64,000 bases of DNA from Lactobacillus sp. (GTDB lineage Bacteria; Bacillota; Bacilli; Lactobacillales; Lactobacillaceae): assembly GCF_051873315.1 (NCBI RefSeq), contig NZ_JBJEES010000161.1, forward strand, positions 1,019 through 65,018. The letters run 5' to 3'. The position numbers were made by a program, and so were the translations under genes. Below, one piece after another: positions 52,573 through 62,088 of this stretch. Numbering within the stretch: position 1 is the stretch's first letter; each line of letters starts with the position of its first letter. A model generated the notes under the pieces. The model searched no databases, had not been told where the DNA came from, and saw only the letters and a list, made by a program, of their open reading frames with translations.

Positions 52573-53829
52573 TTAGTTCATCATGATCGTACCGTTGTTT
52601 GAACCGCCAGTTGATTCTCTAGTAACAGTCGAAACCGGAACCCAGGCGATAGCGCCATAGTCGTAGGCATTTCTGTGACTAGAGCCGCTGCCAGCGCTAT
52701 AGTAGCATGGGTCATAAACTAGGAAGCGGCCGTTCTTGTAACCAGCGATAACCTTAGCGTGGTGCTTGCTGCGGAAGTAAGTTTCATAGCTTGAAAAACC
52801 GTAATAAATCACTGGGTGCCCGCTCTTTACGACAGACTCGATCTTTGCCATGCTGCTACCAGTAATGTTGGTAAAACCGCCGTCAAACTTCTTCATGTAG
52901 TTGGTTAAGCTTGATGCTGACAGCAAACCGTGGAAGTTGGCAGTTGAGTAAACGCCGCCGTATTGCGGCAGATTGTTATAGGCGTATCTCATGTTGAAAG
53001 ACCGGTTCTTGATGCTCAAGAGAGTTGCTGAAGACGCGACCGCGCAACCTTCTGGCGCGTAGATTGGCGTAAACTGGCTGTGCCAAGTTGGGGCGTGTAG
53101 GACACCGCTTGACAAAGCGTAGTAGTCTCTGCCGCCGACAAAGGCAAACTTTTTGATGAACATAGCGCCGGTTTTCTTGTCAAAGTAGTAGCCCTTGCCC
53201 TTGATCTTTTGGTAGCCCGTCTTTCTTTGCCCGTTTGAAGCGTAGTACTTCTTAGATTTGCCAACGGTTTGCAGGCCTGTAGTCATACAAGCGTTCTTCT
53301 TGCTGAAGTAGTAACACTTGCCATTGACCTTTTGTTCACCGTATTGCAACTGGCCGTTCGTCGCGTAATAAACCTTATACTTCTTGGTAGTCTTTTTCTT
53401 GTACTTCGTCTTGATCAGCTTGCCGCGCTTCTTGACCCACTTGTAGGCTGTCTTGTAAGACTTCTTAGAAACGGTTTGAAAACCAGTCTTCATCGCGCCA
53501 GACTTGTCAGCGAACCAATACCAATGACCGTCGATCTTCTTCTTGCCGTAAACCATGTGACCACTAGCATCATAATAAACGGTCTTCTTTTGCTCAGCAA
53601 TCGTCTGGAAACCGGTCTTCATCGCACCGGTTTCATCATCGAACAGGTACCAGTTGCCATCAACCTTCTTTTGCCCATGGACCAAATTTCCACTAGCATC
53701 ATAGTAGACTGTTACACCGTTTTCCGTAACAAAACCGCTCTTTTCCACCGCTTGAGCTTTGGTGGCCGCAAAGGCGGTCAAGCTGCCGGTAAGCAGAAGA
53801 GCAGTCAATAAGCTATAACCTTTTTTCAC
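52573..53829 (-). CDS. Secreted cell-wall-binding-repeat protein with a C-terminal C39-like/papain-fold cysteine peptidase domain
   Basis: GTG start after AAGGAAA. Signal peptide KKGYSLLTALLLTGSLTAFAATKAQA. Five or more repeats of the GxWYxFDxxTGAMKTGFQ type. C-terminal PEGCAVASSATLL (Cys) and HHAKVIAGY (His). Confidence 0.65.
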   Translation of the reverse strand: MKKGYSLLTALLLTGSLTAFAATKAQAVEKSGFVTENGVTVYYDASGNLVHGQKKVDGNWYLFDDETGAMKTGFQTIAEQKKTVYYDASGHMVYGKKKIDGHWYWFADKSGAMKTGFQTVSKKSYKTAYKWVKKRGKLIKTKYKKKTTKKYKVYYATNGQLQYGEQKVNGKCYYFSKKNACMTTGLQTVGKSKKYYASNGQRKTGYQKIKGKGYYFDKKTGAMFIKKFAFVGGRDYYALSSGVLHAPTWHSQFTPIYAPEGCAVASSATLLSIKNRSFNMRYAYNNLPQYGGVYSTANFHGLLSASSLTNYMKKFDGGFTNITGSSMAKIESVVKSGHPVIYYGFSSYETYFRSKHHAKVIAGYKNGRFLVYDPCYYSAGSGSSHRNAYDYGAIAWVPVSTVTRESTGGSNNGTIMMN

Positions 53830-53917
53830 TTTTCCATTTCCTTGTTGCAAACAATAGACAAAAACTATAACGACACGGTTAAACAAACAGTGAATATTTA
53901 CATTACGGCAAAACTTG

Positions 53918-55054
53918 CTATTTTACTTGTCTTATTCTAAGCCAAACCGGCAACTTACTCCCCAGCTTCTCCAGGCTCCAGTAAAACATATCCAAGAGCA
54001 GGCTGGCCAAGACTGTTATGGCCAGCAAAGTCAGATAAGCTACTAGAGGATTCCTTGACCAAAAAACCGCAACCACAAATGGGTAGAAGTAATAGCAAAA
54101 GAAAGTGTGAGTCAGCCACATATTTGTGCTCAAATGGCCGAAATACTCAAAAATCTTCCGCGGCCACTTCGCCAGATCCAGTAGCAAAAGGCAACCTGCC
54201 ATAAAGACCGGAGTGATAATCAGCATCATATCGCTGACATTGCCGAATACCTTTTCTTGAAAATAAAAGGCTGAAACTATCAGCAAAATTCCGATCACTG
54301 TCCGCCAAATGGTCGTATAGCCGCTAAAGAGACGGCGAAGATTGCTGAAGACATCATATTTGCCAAAAACGATCCCAAACAAGTAAGTGCAGATAAATGC
54401 ATTAGGCATAAAGAGTTGGGTCCACAGGTAGCTGGAATCCAGGCTGTTGAACGGTGACAGCTTGGTCAAAGCTGGCAGGAACCTAACCGTAAAGACGGAC
54501 AGCAGCAAGACCAGGCCTGTTTCCACATAGACATTGTTGACCTTTTCTGTCAAATAATAGTAGACGCTGCCTAGCACAATTGCCGCTACGAAGACACGGA
54601 CAAACCACCATTCACCGTTATAAGTCGAAGCGTAGCCGGTCAAATTCTGAATGAATTTTCCAAAAGAGAAATCAGCAAAGCGATTCCACATAAAAGCCCG
54701 CGAATACCGCGGCTGCTGGCTGAAAAACAAGAAGCCCAGTGGGACAAACAAGAAAAATACGCGCCAGTAAACCCGGTACAAGTTCCAGATTTTCCTCAGC
54801 AAATGAAACTTATGCGCCTCAATCTGTTTAGCAAGGCCCAATCCGCCCAAGAACATAAAGATATACACGCAGATTTTGCCGAAACTGCCGACCATCTGCA
54901 AATGCTTTAAAGCCTCAGCCGGCAAAGCAAATTTATATTTGCTTGGAATCCGGTCGGGGAAAGCCATACTGTGGTGCAACAGCATCAGCAAAATTGCGAT
55001 ACCCTTCATCGCCTTGGTGTCTTGGCGCGAGAATTGCCATTTATTTATATTCAA
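53918..55054 (-). CDS. Acyltransferase family 3 membrane protein
   Basis: RQDTKAMKGIAILLMLLHH N-terminal motif and about ten TM helices. Confidence 0.75.
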   Translation of the reverse strand: MNINKWQFSRQDTKAMKGIAILLMLLHHSMAFPDRIPSKYKFALPAEALKHLQMVGSFGKICVYIFMFLGGLGLAKQIEAHKFHLLRKIWNLYRVYWRVFFLFVPLGFLFFSQQPRYSRAFMWNRFADFSFGKFIQNLTGYASTYNGEWWFVRVFVAAIVLGSVYYYLTEKVNNVYVETGLVLLLSVFTVRFLPALTKLSPFNSLDSSYLWTQLFMPNAFICTYLFGIVFGKYDVFSNLRRLFSGYTTIWRTVIGILLIVSAFYFQEKVFGNVSDMMLIITPVFMAGCLLLLDLAKWPRKIFEYFGHLSTNMWLTHTFFCYYFYPFVVAVFWSRNPLVAYLTLLAITVLASLLLDMFYWSLEKLGSKLPVWLRIRQVK

Positions 55055-55142
55055 AATAGTTACCCTTTATCATTTTATCTAAGCATATGCAAAACTGTCA
55101 ATCACTTTATATCAAAATATCAAATTACGTAAAAACAACTTC

Positions 55143-56183
55143 TTAAGCCTTGAGGCCGGCAATTGTACGCTGAGCCCCTTCTTCTAAAGAAAATTTAGCC
55201 TGCCAGCCCAGGGCTTCCAGCTTTTCAGCATCTAAAGAAGAATTAGTCATCAAGTTGTAGCCTTTTTTCTCCACGTCTGTCGGGTTCTCAAAAACAACAT
55301 GAGTCCCAGCTGCCTTGGCCAGAGCTTCGGCCAACTGGCGGACAGTAACAACGGAATTCCGGTTGGAAATGTTGTAGGCATTGGCGTTCTTGCCATCAAG
55401 CAAGATGGTCAAAAGCGCTGACGCGCAGTCTAACGTATAGCAGTATGACCGCAGCTGCTGACCCGCGCTTTTCATGACGATGTCTTCGTGATTGACCGCG
55501 TTACGAGTAAATTGGGCTGAGGCCCGGCTATCAGACTTGGTAATGGTTGGTCCGTAAATATGACCGGGGCGGGCGATTACCGTTTCCAAGCCATACTCTT
55601 GGCTAAAGGAGGCGCACAGAGTTTCTGCCGCCCGTTTAGCACTTGGGTAGCAAGCACGTGAGTTTAAAATGTCCAAAAAGCCATAGTCTTCTTCTTTGAA
55701 AGGATCATTATTGTCTTTGTTCCCGTAAACTTCACTGGAAGACAAGTACAAGAGGCGCTTGGCCCCGTACTCTTTGCCCATCTTTAGCAGAGAATAGAGG
55801 CCACTGAAGTTGGCCAGCATCGTTTCAACCGGCTGGCTGACATAATAAGAAGGATTGGCATTGCTTGCCCCATGGATGATATAGTCAACTTTTACATTCA
55901 GATCTACTTCTTTGGTAGCATCGTACTGGAAAAAGATATAGTCTTTTCCTTCTCCAAACCCGGCAAAACGGGTTGCCATCCGTTCACGGCTGCGGCCGGC
56001 CAGGACCAGACTAATTCCGGCATCTCTGTTTTTGTTCAACCAAAGCAAGACGTCAACCAGGGCTGAACAGATCATCCCTGTTGCTCCGGTAATAAATAAT
56101 TTCTTACCAAAAAGCAGTTCCAGATTCGGAACTGCCTTTTGCACGTGGTCTACGTCATCCCAATATTGTTCAGTGTACTTCAT
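55143..56183 (-). CDS. NAD-dependent epimerase/dehydratase family SDR (candidate ribulose-5-P reductase of a split Bcs1-type CDP-ribitol synthase)
   Basis: Start at MKYTEQ (GAGG SD). Rossmann motif ITGATGMICSAL and catalytic YPSAK. Confidence 0.8.
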   Translation of the reverse strand: MKYTEQYWDDVDHVQKAVPNLELLFGKKLFITGATGMICSALVDVLLWLNKNRDAGISLVLAGRSRERMATRFAGFGEGKDYIFFQYDATKEVDLNVKVDYIIHGASNANPSYYVSQPVETMLANFSGLYSLLKMGKEYGAKRLLYLSSSEVYGNKDNNDPFKEEDYGFLDILNSRACYPSAKRAAETLCASFSQEYGLETVIARPGHIYGPTITKSDSRASAQFTRNAVNHEDIVMKSAGQQLRSYCYTLDCASALLTILLDGKNANAYNISNRNSVVTVRQLAEALAKAAGTHVVFENPTDVEKKGYNLMTNSSLDAEKLEALGWQAKFSLEEGAQRTIAGLKA

Positions 56184-56193
56184 CGTTACCTCG

Positions 56194-56907
56194 TTACTTG
56201 AGCCACTCGTCTTTCTTAGTGGAAAGCAGGGCTTCAAAAATCATCAAGTCGTCAACCGTCGTAATTTTTAAGTTGGTTTCCGACCCTTTAGAGAAATAAA
56301 CTCTTTCTCCCAAAGCCTGCATCAAGGTGCAAGTTGCGGCCGTGTTGGTAATACCGCGCTTGCCGGCTTCTTCATGCGCCCAGAGCAGCTTGCCCAAGGT
56401 GTAGACGTGCGGCGTCTGCGTTCTGTAAAGCTGCTCACGCGGAATTGAATCAGTTGAAGATACGCCACCGTCACCGCTGCGGAAAACTGCTTCTACACAC
56501 GGAATAGCGGTAATCGCACTGCCGTGTTCCTTAAAGGTAGCCAGGCTGTCAGAGATGATTTCCTGGGAAACATTGCAACGGTTTCCGTCATGGATTAAGA
56601 CAACTTCATCATCTCCTAATTCCTTGGACAGGACTTCCAAGCCATTGTGAATTGATTCTTGGCCGGTTGCCCCACCTGGCACGACCCACTTGAGCTTGCT
56701 GATGTTAAACTGCTTGGCATAAACTTTCAAAACATCCATCCAGGCGGGCAGGGTAACCACCATGATTGCATCAACCAAGGGATGCTTTTGGAAAGCTTCC
56801 ATCGTGTGAATGATGATCGGCTTGTTGTTCACATGCATGAACTGCTTGGGAATATCCTGCTTCATCCGTGAGCCAACACCGGCTGCCGTCAATAATGCTA
56901 CTACCAT
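56194..56907 (-). CDS. tarI: IspD/TarI family cytidylyltransferase (candidate ribitol-5-phosphate cytidylyltransferase)
   Basis: Start at MVVALLTAAGVGSRM (GAAGGAG SD). The rest matches the IspD family pattern. It ends 11 nt before the SDR start. Confidence 0.8.
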   Translation of the reverse strand: MVVALLTAAGVGSRMKQDIPKQFMHVNNKPIIIHTMEAFQKHPLVDAIMVVTLPAWMDVLKVYAKQFNISKLKWVVPGGATGQESIHNGLEVLSKELGDDEVVLIHDGNRCNVSQEIISDSLATFKEHGSAITAIPCVEAVFRSGDGGVSSTDSIPREQLYRTQTPHVYTLGKLLWAHEEAGKRGITNTAATCTLMQALGERVYFSKGSETNLKITTVDDLMIFEALLSTKKDEWLK

Positions 56908-57198
56908 TTTTACTCCTTCAGCCATTTTCTGGCTTTGCTGTTAAGCCATCAATGCAACTTCTTATTCAAAATTCTCCGGCAAAAACTCGCCATCACTTTC
57001 ATTTTAACAGATCTATCCAACATTTGAACCGCATTAACAATCTGCTTATTTAGGTATTTTTGTCTTTTCTTCCTGTCATTTTTTAAATTTCTTTAAAAAG
57101 AAGAATAAAATTATTGTGGTATACTTGGAAGTTAGTATTGTGCAAACCAGCATACTTTTTCAACTAATGCATCTGCATAAGAATGTGAGGAAATCTAG

Positions 57199-57885
57199 GT
57201 GAACAATTTTTACAGTATGGCTGACACCACGCTCACTTTAAAAGAGCTGGCCAAGCTGATCTGGAAGAATCTACTGCTGATTATTATCGGCACGGCCTTG
57301 TTTGGCTGCCTGGCTTATGGAACTGCCAACTATCTGCTTCCAGCCAGATACACTGCCAGCATGAACTTCGTGGCTAAGGGCAAAATCACGCAAGGCGGTT
57401 TTACCAAGCGGCAGGCCAGAAGCCAAAACGAGCAAGCAGCCAACGGCTTTCAAAATATTGCCATCAGCCCTGGCGTCATCGATCATACCACTAATGAAAT
57501 TGACAACGTTTCGCCAACGGCTCTGCGTGAGAATATAACCGTAACATCTACCCCGCGCTCCAACACCTATACCTTGACTGTCACCAGTTCTTCGCCTAAA
57601 AAGGCCAAAAAGACGCTTAAGGTTGTGGCCAAAAATTTCAAGAAAGAATTTAAGCTTGAATACAAGCGGGGTCGCAAGGCCATGCCAACCAAGAAAAAGA
57701 AGCGCAAGTACTTGAAACCGATCCTGCCAACTGTCCTAGTCAAATCCATCAAGTTCAAGGATAAAACCAGCGTCGTGAAGAGCTACCCGAATATCAAGTT
57801 TGCAGTAGCGATCGGCACGGTAACTGGCTTCCTGCTGGCGACTTGGAGATCAATTTACTGGCGCCTGCGCAGAAGTTACCGATAA
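57199..57885 (+). CDS. Wzz/CpsC-like chain-length-determinant family protein
   Basis: N-terminal LKELAKLIWKNLLLIIIGTALFGCLAYGTANYLLPARYTAS and a C-terminal TM. The central part is basic (PKKAKKTLK...KKKKRKYLK). Confidence 0.6.
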   Translation: MNNFYSMADTTLTLKELAKLIWKNLLLIIIGTALFGCLAYGTANYLLPARYTASMNFVAKGKITQGGFTKRQARSQNEQAANGFQNIAISPGVIDHTTNEIDNVSPTALRENITVTSTPRSNTYTLTVTSSSPKKAKKTLKVVAKNFKKEFKLEYKRGRKAMPTKKKKRKYLKPILPTVLVKSIKFKDKTSVVKSYPNIKFAVAIGTVTGFLLATWRSIYWRLRRSYR

Positions 57886-57895
57886 GGAGGTTAGC

Positions 57896-59155
57896 GTGAA
57901 GTCTATCAAATCAGCTGGTGACCGCTTCTTTGCAGTCATGGCTTATATCATCGTCATCCTGTCGGTCATGTCAACGACAGTCATGTGGAACTACTTAAGA
58001 GGAGCTTTCATCCCAATCGGTACCTACCGCTACCTTCTTTTGGGGATCGGGATCCTTTTGGTTTTGGCTACCAATTCTTACAACTTTAAGGACTTGTCCT
58101 TCATTGTCTTGATCGTATGCTACCTGCTAGTCTTCATCTTTTTTTCGCAGGCCAATCCTTTCAAGTACTTTTCCAACCTCTGCCTGCCTTTGACAGCGGC
58201 CCTTTTGATTACCTTTGTCTACTGCCGGCACGATAATGGGCATCTTCTTTGGGACAGCTATGCCAATATCGTCTTGATCGTGGCTGGCGTGTCGCTCTTC
58301 TTTTACTTTTTCGGCAGCATTCTTGGCCTGCGGATTGGGGCCGTTGACACCTTCTATTACTGGGCCAACAACCCCCACTTTACAACTAGCTACTGCTACC
58401 TTTATTTCCACCAGCCCTTACAGGATCAAATGTACCTGGGCCACCACGTGATCAGAAATACGGGGATCTTTACCGAAGCTCCAGGCTACACCCTCTTCCT
58501 TTTAAACGGCTTGATTATCGAGCTCTTCGTCAAAAAGTCCAAGACCTTCTGGCGGATTAGTCTCATCCTGGTCACCCTGCTGACAACCCTGTCCGCAACA
58601 GCAATCCTGCTCGGAGTTTTGGCTGTATTGATTTCCTTTTTGCAATACCTGCAGGCACAGGGTAAGCTCAACTTGAAGATCGTTATCCCAGTCTTCCTGC
58701 TTCTTCTGGTATTAGGAATCATTGTCATCCGGATTAGAAAATCTGGTGGGTCATCTTACTCAGTCAGAGTAGACGATCTGCGCATTGGATTGACTGTTTG
58801 GGGCCAGCATCCGATCCTCGGAGTAGGTTTTGGCAATGAAGGAGCCTTAATCAAGATGTTTGCCTTCCACCGGGCAAACAACGGCCTAAGCATGGGGCTA
58901 ACCACTTTGATGGCTACTGGGGGGCTCTACCTGGCTCTATACTTCCTTGTGCCATTCTTTACCACATTATTTGCTCCAAGCCGCCGCTATCTTCTGCCAA
59001 TCAGTATTTTATTGCTGCTGGAAATCATTATCTCCAATATTTCTACCAACCCGGTCTACTTAATGGCCATGGCTCTTCTCTGGTATGCCACTTTAAACGA
59101 CCTTAGGGAGCGAAAATCTTTTGCCGGGCCGAACTATACTAGCCTCTACTTTTAA
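57896..59155 (+). CDS. O-antigen ligase/polymerase (Wzy-like) family membrane protein
   Basis: GTG start after AAGGAGG. About 11 TM helices with an external loop RKSGGSSYSVRVDDLRIGLTVWGQHPILGVGFGN. Confidence 0.7.
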   Translation: MKSIKSAGDRFFAVMAYIIVILSVMSTTVMWNYLRGAFIPIGTYRYLLLGIGILLVLATNSYNFKDLSFIVLIVCYLLVFIFFSQANPFKYFSNLCLPLTAALLITFVYCRHDNGHLLWDSYANIVLIVAGVSLFFYFFGSILGLRIGAVDTFYYWANNPHFTTSYCYLYFHQPLQDQMYLGHHVIRNTGIFTEAPGYTLFLLNGLIIELFVKKSKTFWRISLILVTLLTTLSATAILLGVLAVLISFLQYLQAQGKLNLKIVIPVFLLLLVLGIIVIRIRKSGGSSYSVRVDDLRIGLTVWGQHPILGVGFGNEGALIKMFAFHRANNGLSMGLTTLMATGGLYLALYFLVPFFTTLFAPSRRYLLPISILLLLEIIISNISTNPVYLMAMALLWYATLNDLRERKSFAGPNYTSLYF

Positions 59156-59181
59156 GGCTGAGAAAAGCATTTTTAGACATT

Positions 59182-59211
59182 AAAAGAGCATTCCCAGCGG
59201 AATGCTCTTTT
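59182..59211. terminator. Bidirectional rho-independent terminator
   Basis: aaaagagcattcc-cagc-ggaatgctctttt. Confidence 0.65.
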
Positions 59212-59222
59212 ACTTTGCCGAT

Positions 59223-59687
59223 TTAATTTTTATCATGGTCTGGATCAGTGTCCAAATCATCATGAGATAACTTGCTTTCTTCAGTTACCTCATTAGCGTC
59301 ATACAGATCATGCTTAATCTTGGAAGAACTAATTTCCGGGGTTCTTGGCAGGTAAACGACGTTGACGCCTTCTTCTTTCAAGAAGTCGAATTTGCCTTTC
59401 CAGTCATCCCCCATGACAAAGGTATCAATGTGGTATTCATGCATGTCGTTACGCTTTTGGTCCCAGTCTTTTTCAGGGATGACCAGGTCAACGTAACGGA
59501 TGGCTTCCAGCAGCTGCTTGCGCTGCTCATATGAGAAGTAGGTCTTCTTGTGCTTGGAGTTCCAGTTAAACTCATCAGTAGACAAGGCAACGATCAAGTA
59601 GTCTCCCTGTGCCTTGGCTCTTCTCAGCAGGTTGATGTGGCCGTAATGCAGCAGGTCAAATGTTCCATAAGTAATTACACGTTTCAT
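59223..59687 (-). CDS. tagD: Glycerol-3-phosphate cytidylyltransferase
   Basis: MKRVITYGTFDLLHYGHINLLRRAK (HxGH) and RTPEISSSKI. Confidence 0.92.
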   Translation of the reverse strand: MKRVITYGTFDLLHYGHINLLRRAKAQGDYLIVALSTDEFNWNSKHKKTYFSYEQRKQLLEAIRYVDLVIPEKDWDQKRNDMHEYHIDTFVMGDDWKGKFDFLKEEGVNVVYLPRTPEISSSKIKHDLYDANEVTEESKLSHDDLDTDPDHDKN

Positions 59688-59703
59688 AATTGCTCCTTGC
59701 CCC

Positions 59704-60615
59704 CTATTTCAGGTATTCCTTGTAAGACTTGTCTGGATCAAAGATGACTGAGCCATGGATAGACCCGCCTCTGACAAAGACATTCCACTTGCCGTACTGT
59801 TTGGTCAGCAAAGGATCGTAATCCTTTGGAATCGGCAGGCTGAGCATCTCAAATGGCACTCTGACTGGATTTGCCACGTACTTGCGCTTCCAGCAGCACT
59901 TTTCCGTTTCCAGCATGACCATCATGACTTCTTGGGTATCTTGGTCGTCATATTTGGTAATTTCCTTGGCAAAGCGGTCGTAATAAATGTTGCGGCCACC
60001 ACTCTTTTTCTTATCAAAAAAGAATTTGGTGTAAAGGAGGGACTTTTTCAAGCCGGACAAATTCTTATTCGGATAGCCGTTGCAGTAGTTGTAGAACTGC
60101 CGGGCCCGGTGCTTGAGCTGGTTGACGTTTTTAACAAAAGCTTGTCGCTCTTCCAGATCGTCTGGCACACTGTCCAATGGAAAGATATCGATGAAAATCC
60201 CCTGGTTAAACTGGTAATGAAAATTCTGTTCAGATTTGAGAATAGCCGTGGTCGAGGAATTACGCAACTGGGCGTGCCCCCTCATGGCACCAGGGTCGGT
60301 CTCTTCTGTTTGGAAGAAGTACGGCTCGGTAAACTCATTCTTAGCCACTTCGCACAAACGGTCAAAATCCTTCCGGTACATCATCAAATCGATGTCATCA
60401 TCCCAAGGAATATAGCCATGATGGCGTACAGCACCCAAGAGAGAACCACCCGACAGGTACCAGGGAATATCGTATTTCTGGCAAACCTGATCCAGTTGGT
60501 CCAAGAGGTCTAATTCCACGGCCCAGATCTTTTTCATTTCCGGGCTGACCGTGTAGTCGTTTCTGACTTCTTCTTTAAAAAAATCGTCTGAGAGCTTGAG
60601 CTTAATATTGTCCAT
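59704..60615 (-). CDS. licD: LicD family phosphotransferase
   Basis: YLSGGSLLGAVRHHGYIPWDDDIDLMM (DxD) and IDIFPLD. Confidence 0.85.
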   Translation of the reverse strand: MDNIKLKLSDDFFKEEVRNDYTVSPEMKKIWAVELDLLDQLDQVCQKYDIPWYLSGGSLLGAVRHHGYIPWDDDIDLMMYRKDFDRLCEVAKNEFTEPYFFQTEETDPGAMRGHAQLRNSSTTAILKSEQNFHYQFNQGIFIDIFPLDSVPDDLEERQAFVKNVNQLKHRARQFYNYCNGYPNKNLSGLKKSLLYTKFFFDKKKSGGRNIYYDRFAKEITKYDDQDTQEVMMVMLETEKCCWKRKYVANPVRVPFEMLSLPIPKDYDPLLTKQYGKWNVFVRGGSIHGSVIFDPDKSYKEYLK

Positions 60616-60635
60616 TGTCTTTTCTAAATTCTCCC

Positions 60636-62069
60636 TTATCCTCTGCTCAAAATCTTCTTAAGCAGGCCAACTGAATCATCCTGCAAGATAAACAAGGTGC
60701 CCAGGTAAGTCCCCGCTCCAAGAATAAACTGAATGCCCAGCTTGATAATGCCAGGATGGCCAAATGGGTTCAAGGTCAGGATGACCAGCATCATTAAAGT
60801 CCCGGCAATCAGCTTCTTCCAAATCACCTTGCCAATATAAGCTAGCTCCAAGTAGCCATTATCATGGTAAAGGTAAAGCAGACTAATTGTCAATTCCGCG
60901 ATGATTGAGGCAAAAGTCGCCCCGGCACTGGCAAAGCGCGGAATCAAAAACAGGTTCAAGACGAAGTTGACAACTGCTCCGATGATAATATAAACCGCGC
61001 TCTGCTTCCGCAGGCCGGCCGGGTTATAGTATTGCGAACCCAGGCAGTTGGAAATTCCAATAATCACGATCTGCGGGCTAAACAGACGAAGCAAGAGCGC
61101 CACCTTATCCCAGCCATGACCGAAGAAAACCGGCACAAATGTATCCGCGATTCCGAGCAGGCCAAAGCCGATCCCCACCCCGATGAAAAGGATGTAGTTT
61201 ATGGATCCTTGGATCCGCTGCTTGATTTCCTTCTCTTTCTTCTTGGCAAATAAGTAGGAAATTCTAGCTCCCAGGACATTGTTAACGGCGGTAAAAGTCA
61301 CTGCCTTGGTCAGGTTGATAATCTTTGTTGCCTGCTCATAGTAGGCGTTCTCCGCATTATTCTGGGTCATGAAGCCAATCAAGGTTTTGTCCATGTAAGT
61401 ATAAATAGAGGTTGCGATAGTCGGAATAAAGTAGATCAGAGTTTCGTGGAAGTGCCGTTTCAAGTTGGCTAGTTTGATTGGAACTTTTACCACGAACTTA
61501 TGCAACTCCAGCCACATGGACATGGTCCCCAGCAGGGTCGTCCCCGTCATGATGAAGACGTAAAGGTTGGTATCCTTAGGGCTCTTGACAAAAAGCAGGA
61601 TCAAGACAACCCCAGCCACCTTGACCAAAGCGTTCTTGGTTACAGTGTACTGAAACTGCTCCAGTCCATCAAAGAACCAGGAGATGTCCAGCATGGTGTT
61701 GAACAGGTTCAAGGTCAAGATAAGAAACATGACCCGGTAGTGGGTCTGAAAAGCCACGTAGCCTCCCCATAAGAGTAGCATGGCCAAGGAGGTGAACACG
61801 CTCAGCAGTTCAATTTCCCAAAAAATCTGGCTTCGCTTCTTGGCATCGTTGCGGCTACGGGCAATTTCCCGCATCCCATACGAAGCTGTCCCCAAGGCCG
61901 CGACCAGGGAGAAGTAGGTCTGGATTGAGGAAGTCCAGCTGTAGGCACCGATCCCATCAGTTCCGATGACTCTGGAAACGTAAGGCGCCGTAATCAGTGG
62001 TGTAATGATTGCCAGAATCTGGTACAGGGTGCTGATAACTATATTCTTTTTAATACTAGGATTCTTCAT
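60636..62069 (-). CDS. wzx: Wzx-type polysaccharide flippase (MOP superfamily)
   Basis: 477 aa with about 14 TM helices. N-terminal ISTLYQILAIITPLITAPYVSRVIGTDGIGAY. Confidence 0.85.
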   Translation of the reverse strand: MKNPSIKKNIVISTLYQILAIITPLITAPYVSRVIGTDGIGAYSWTSSIQTYFSLVAALGTASYGMREIARSRNDAKKRSQIFWEIELLSVFTSLAMLLLWGGYVAFQTHYRVMFLILTLNLFNTMLDISWFFDGLEQFQYTVTKNALVKVAGVVLILLFVKSPKDTNLYVFIMTGTTLLGTMSMWLELHKFVVKVPIKLANLKRHFHETLIYFIPTIATSIYTYMDKTLIGFMTQNNAENAYYEQATKIINLTKAVTFTAVNNVLGARISYLFAKKKEKEIKQRIQGSINYILFIGVGIGFGLLGIADTFVPVFFGHGWDKVALLLRLFSPQIVIIGISNCLGSQYYNPAGLRKQSAVYIIIGAVVNFVLNLFLIPRFASAGATFASIIAELTISLLYLYHDNGYLELAYIGKVIWKKLIAGTLMMLVILTLNPFGHPGIIKLGIQFILGAGTYLGTLFILQDDSVGLLKKILSRG

Positions 62070-62088
62070 TAACGCTTCCGATCTGATA

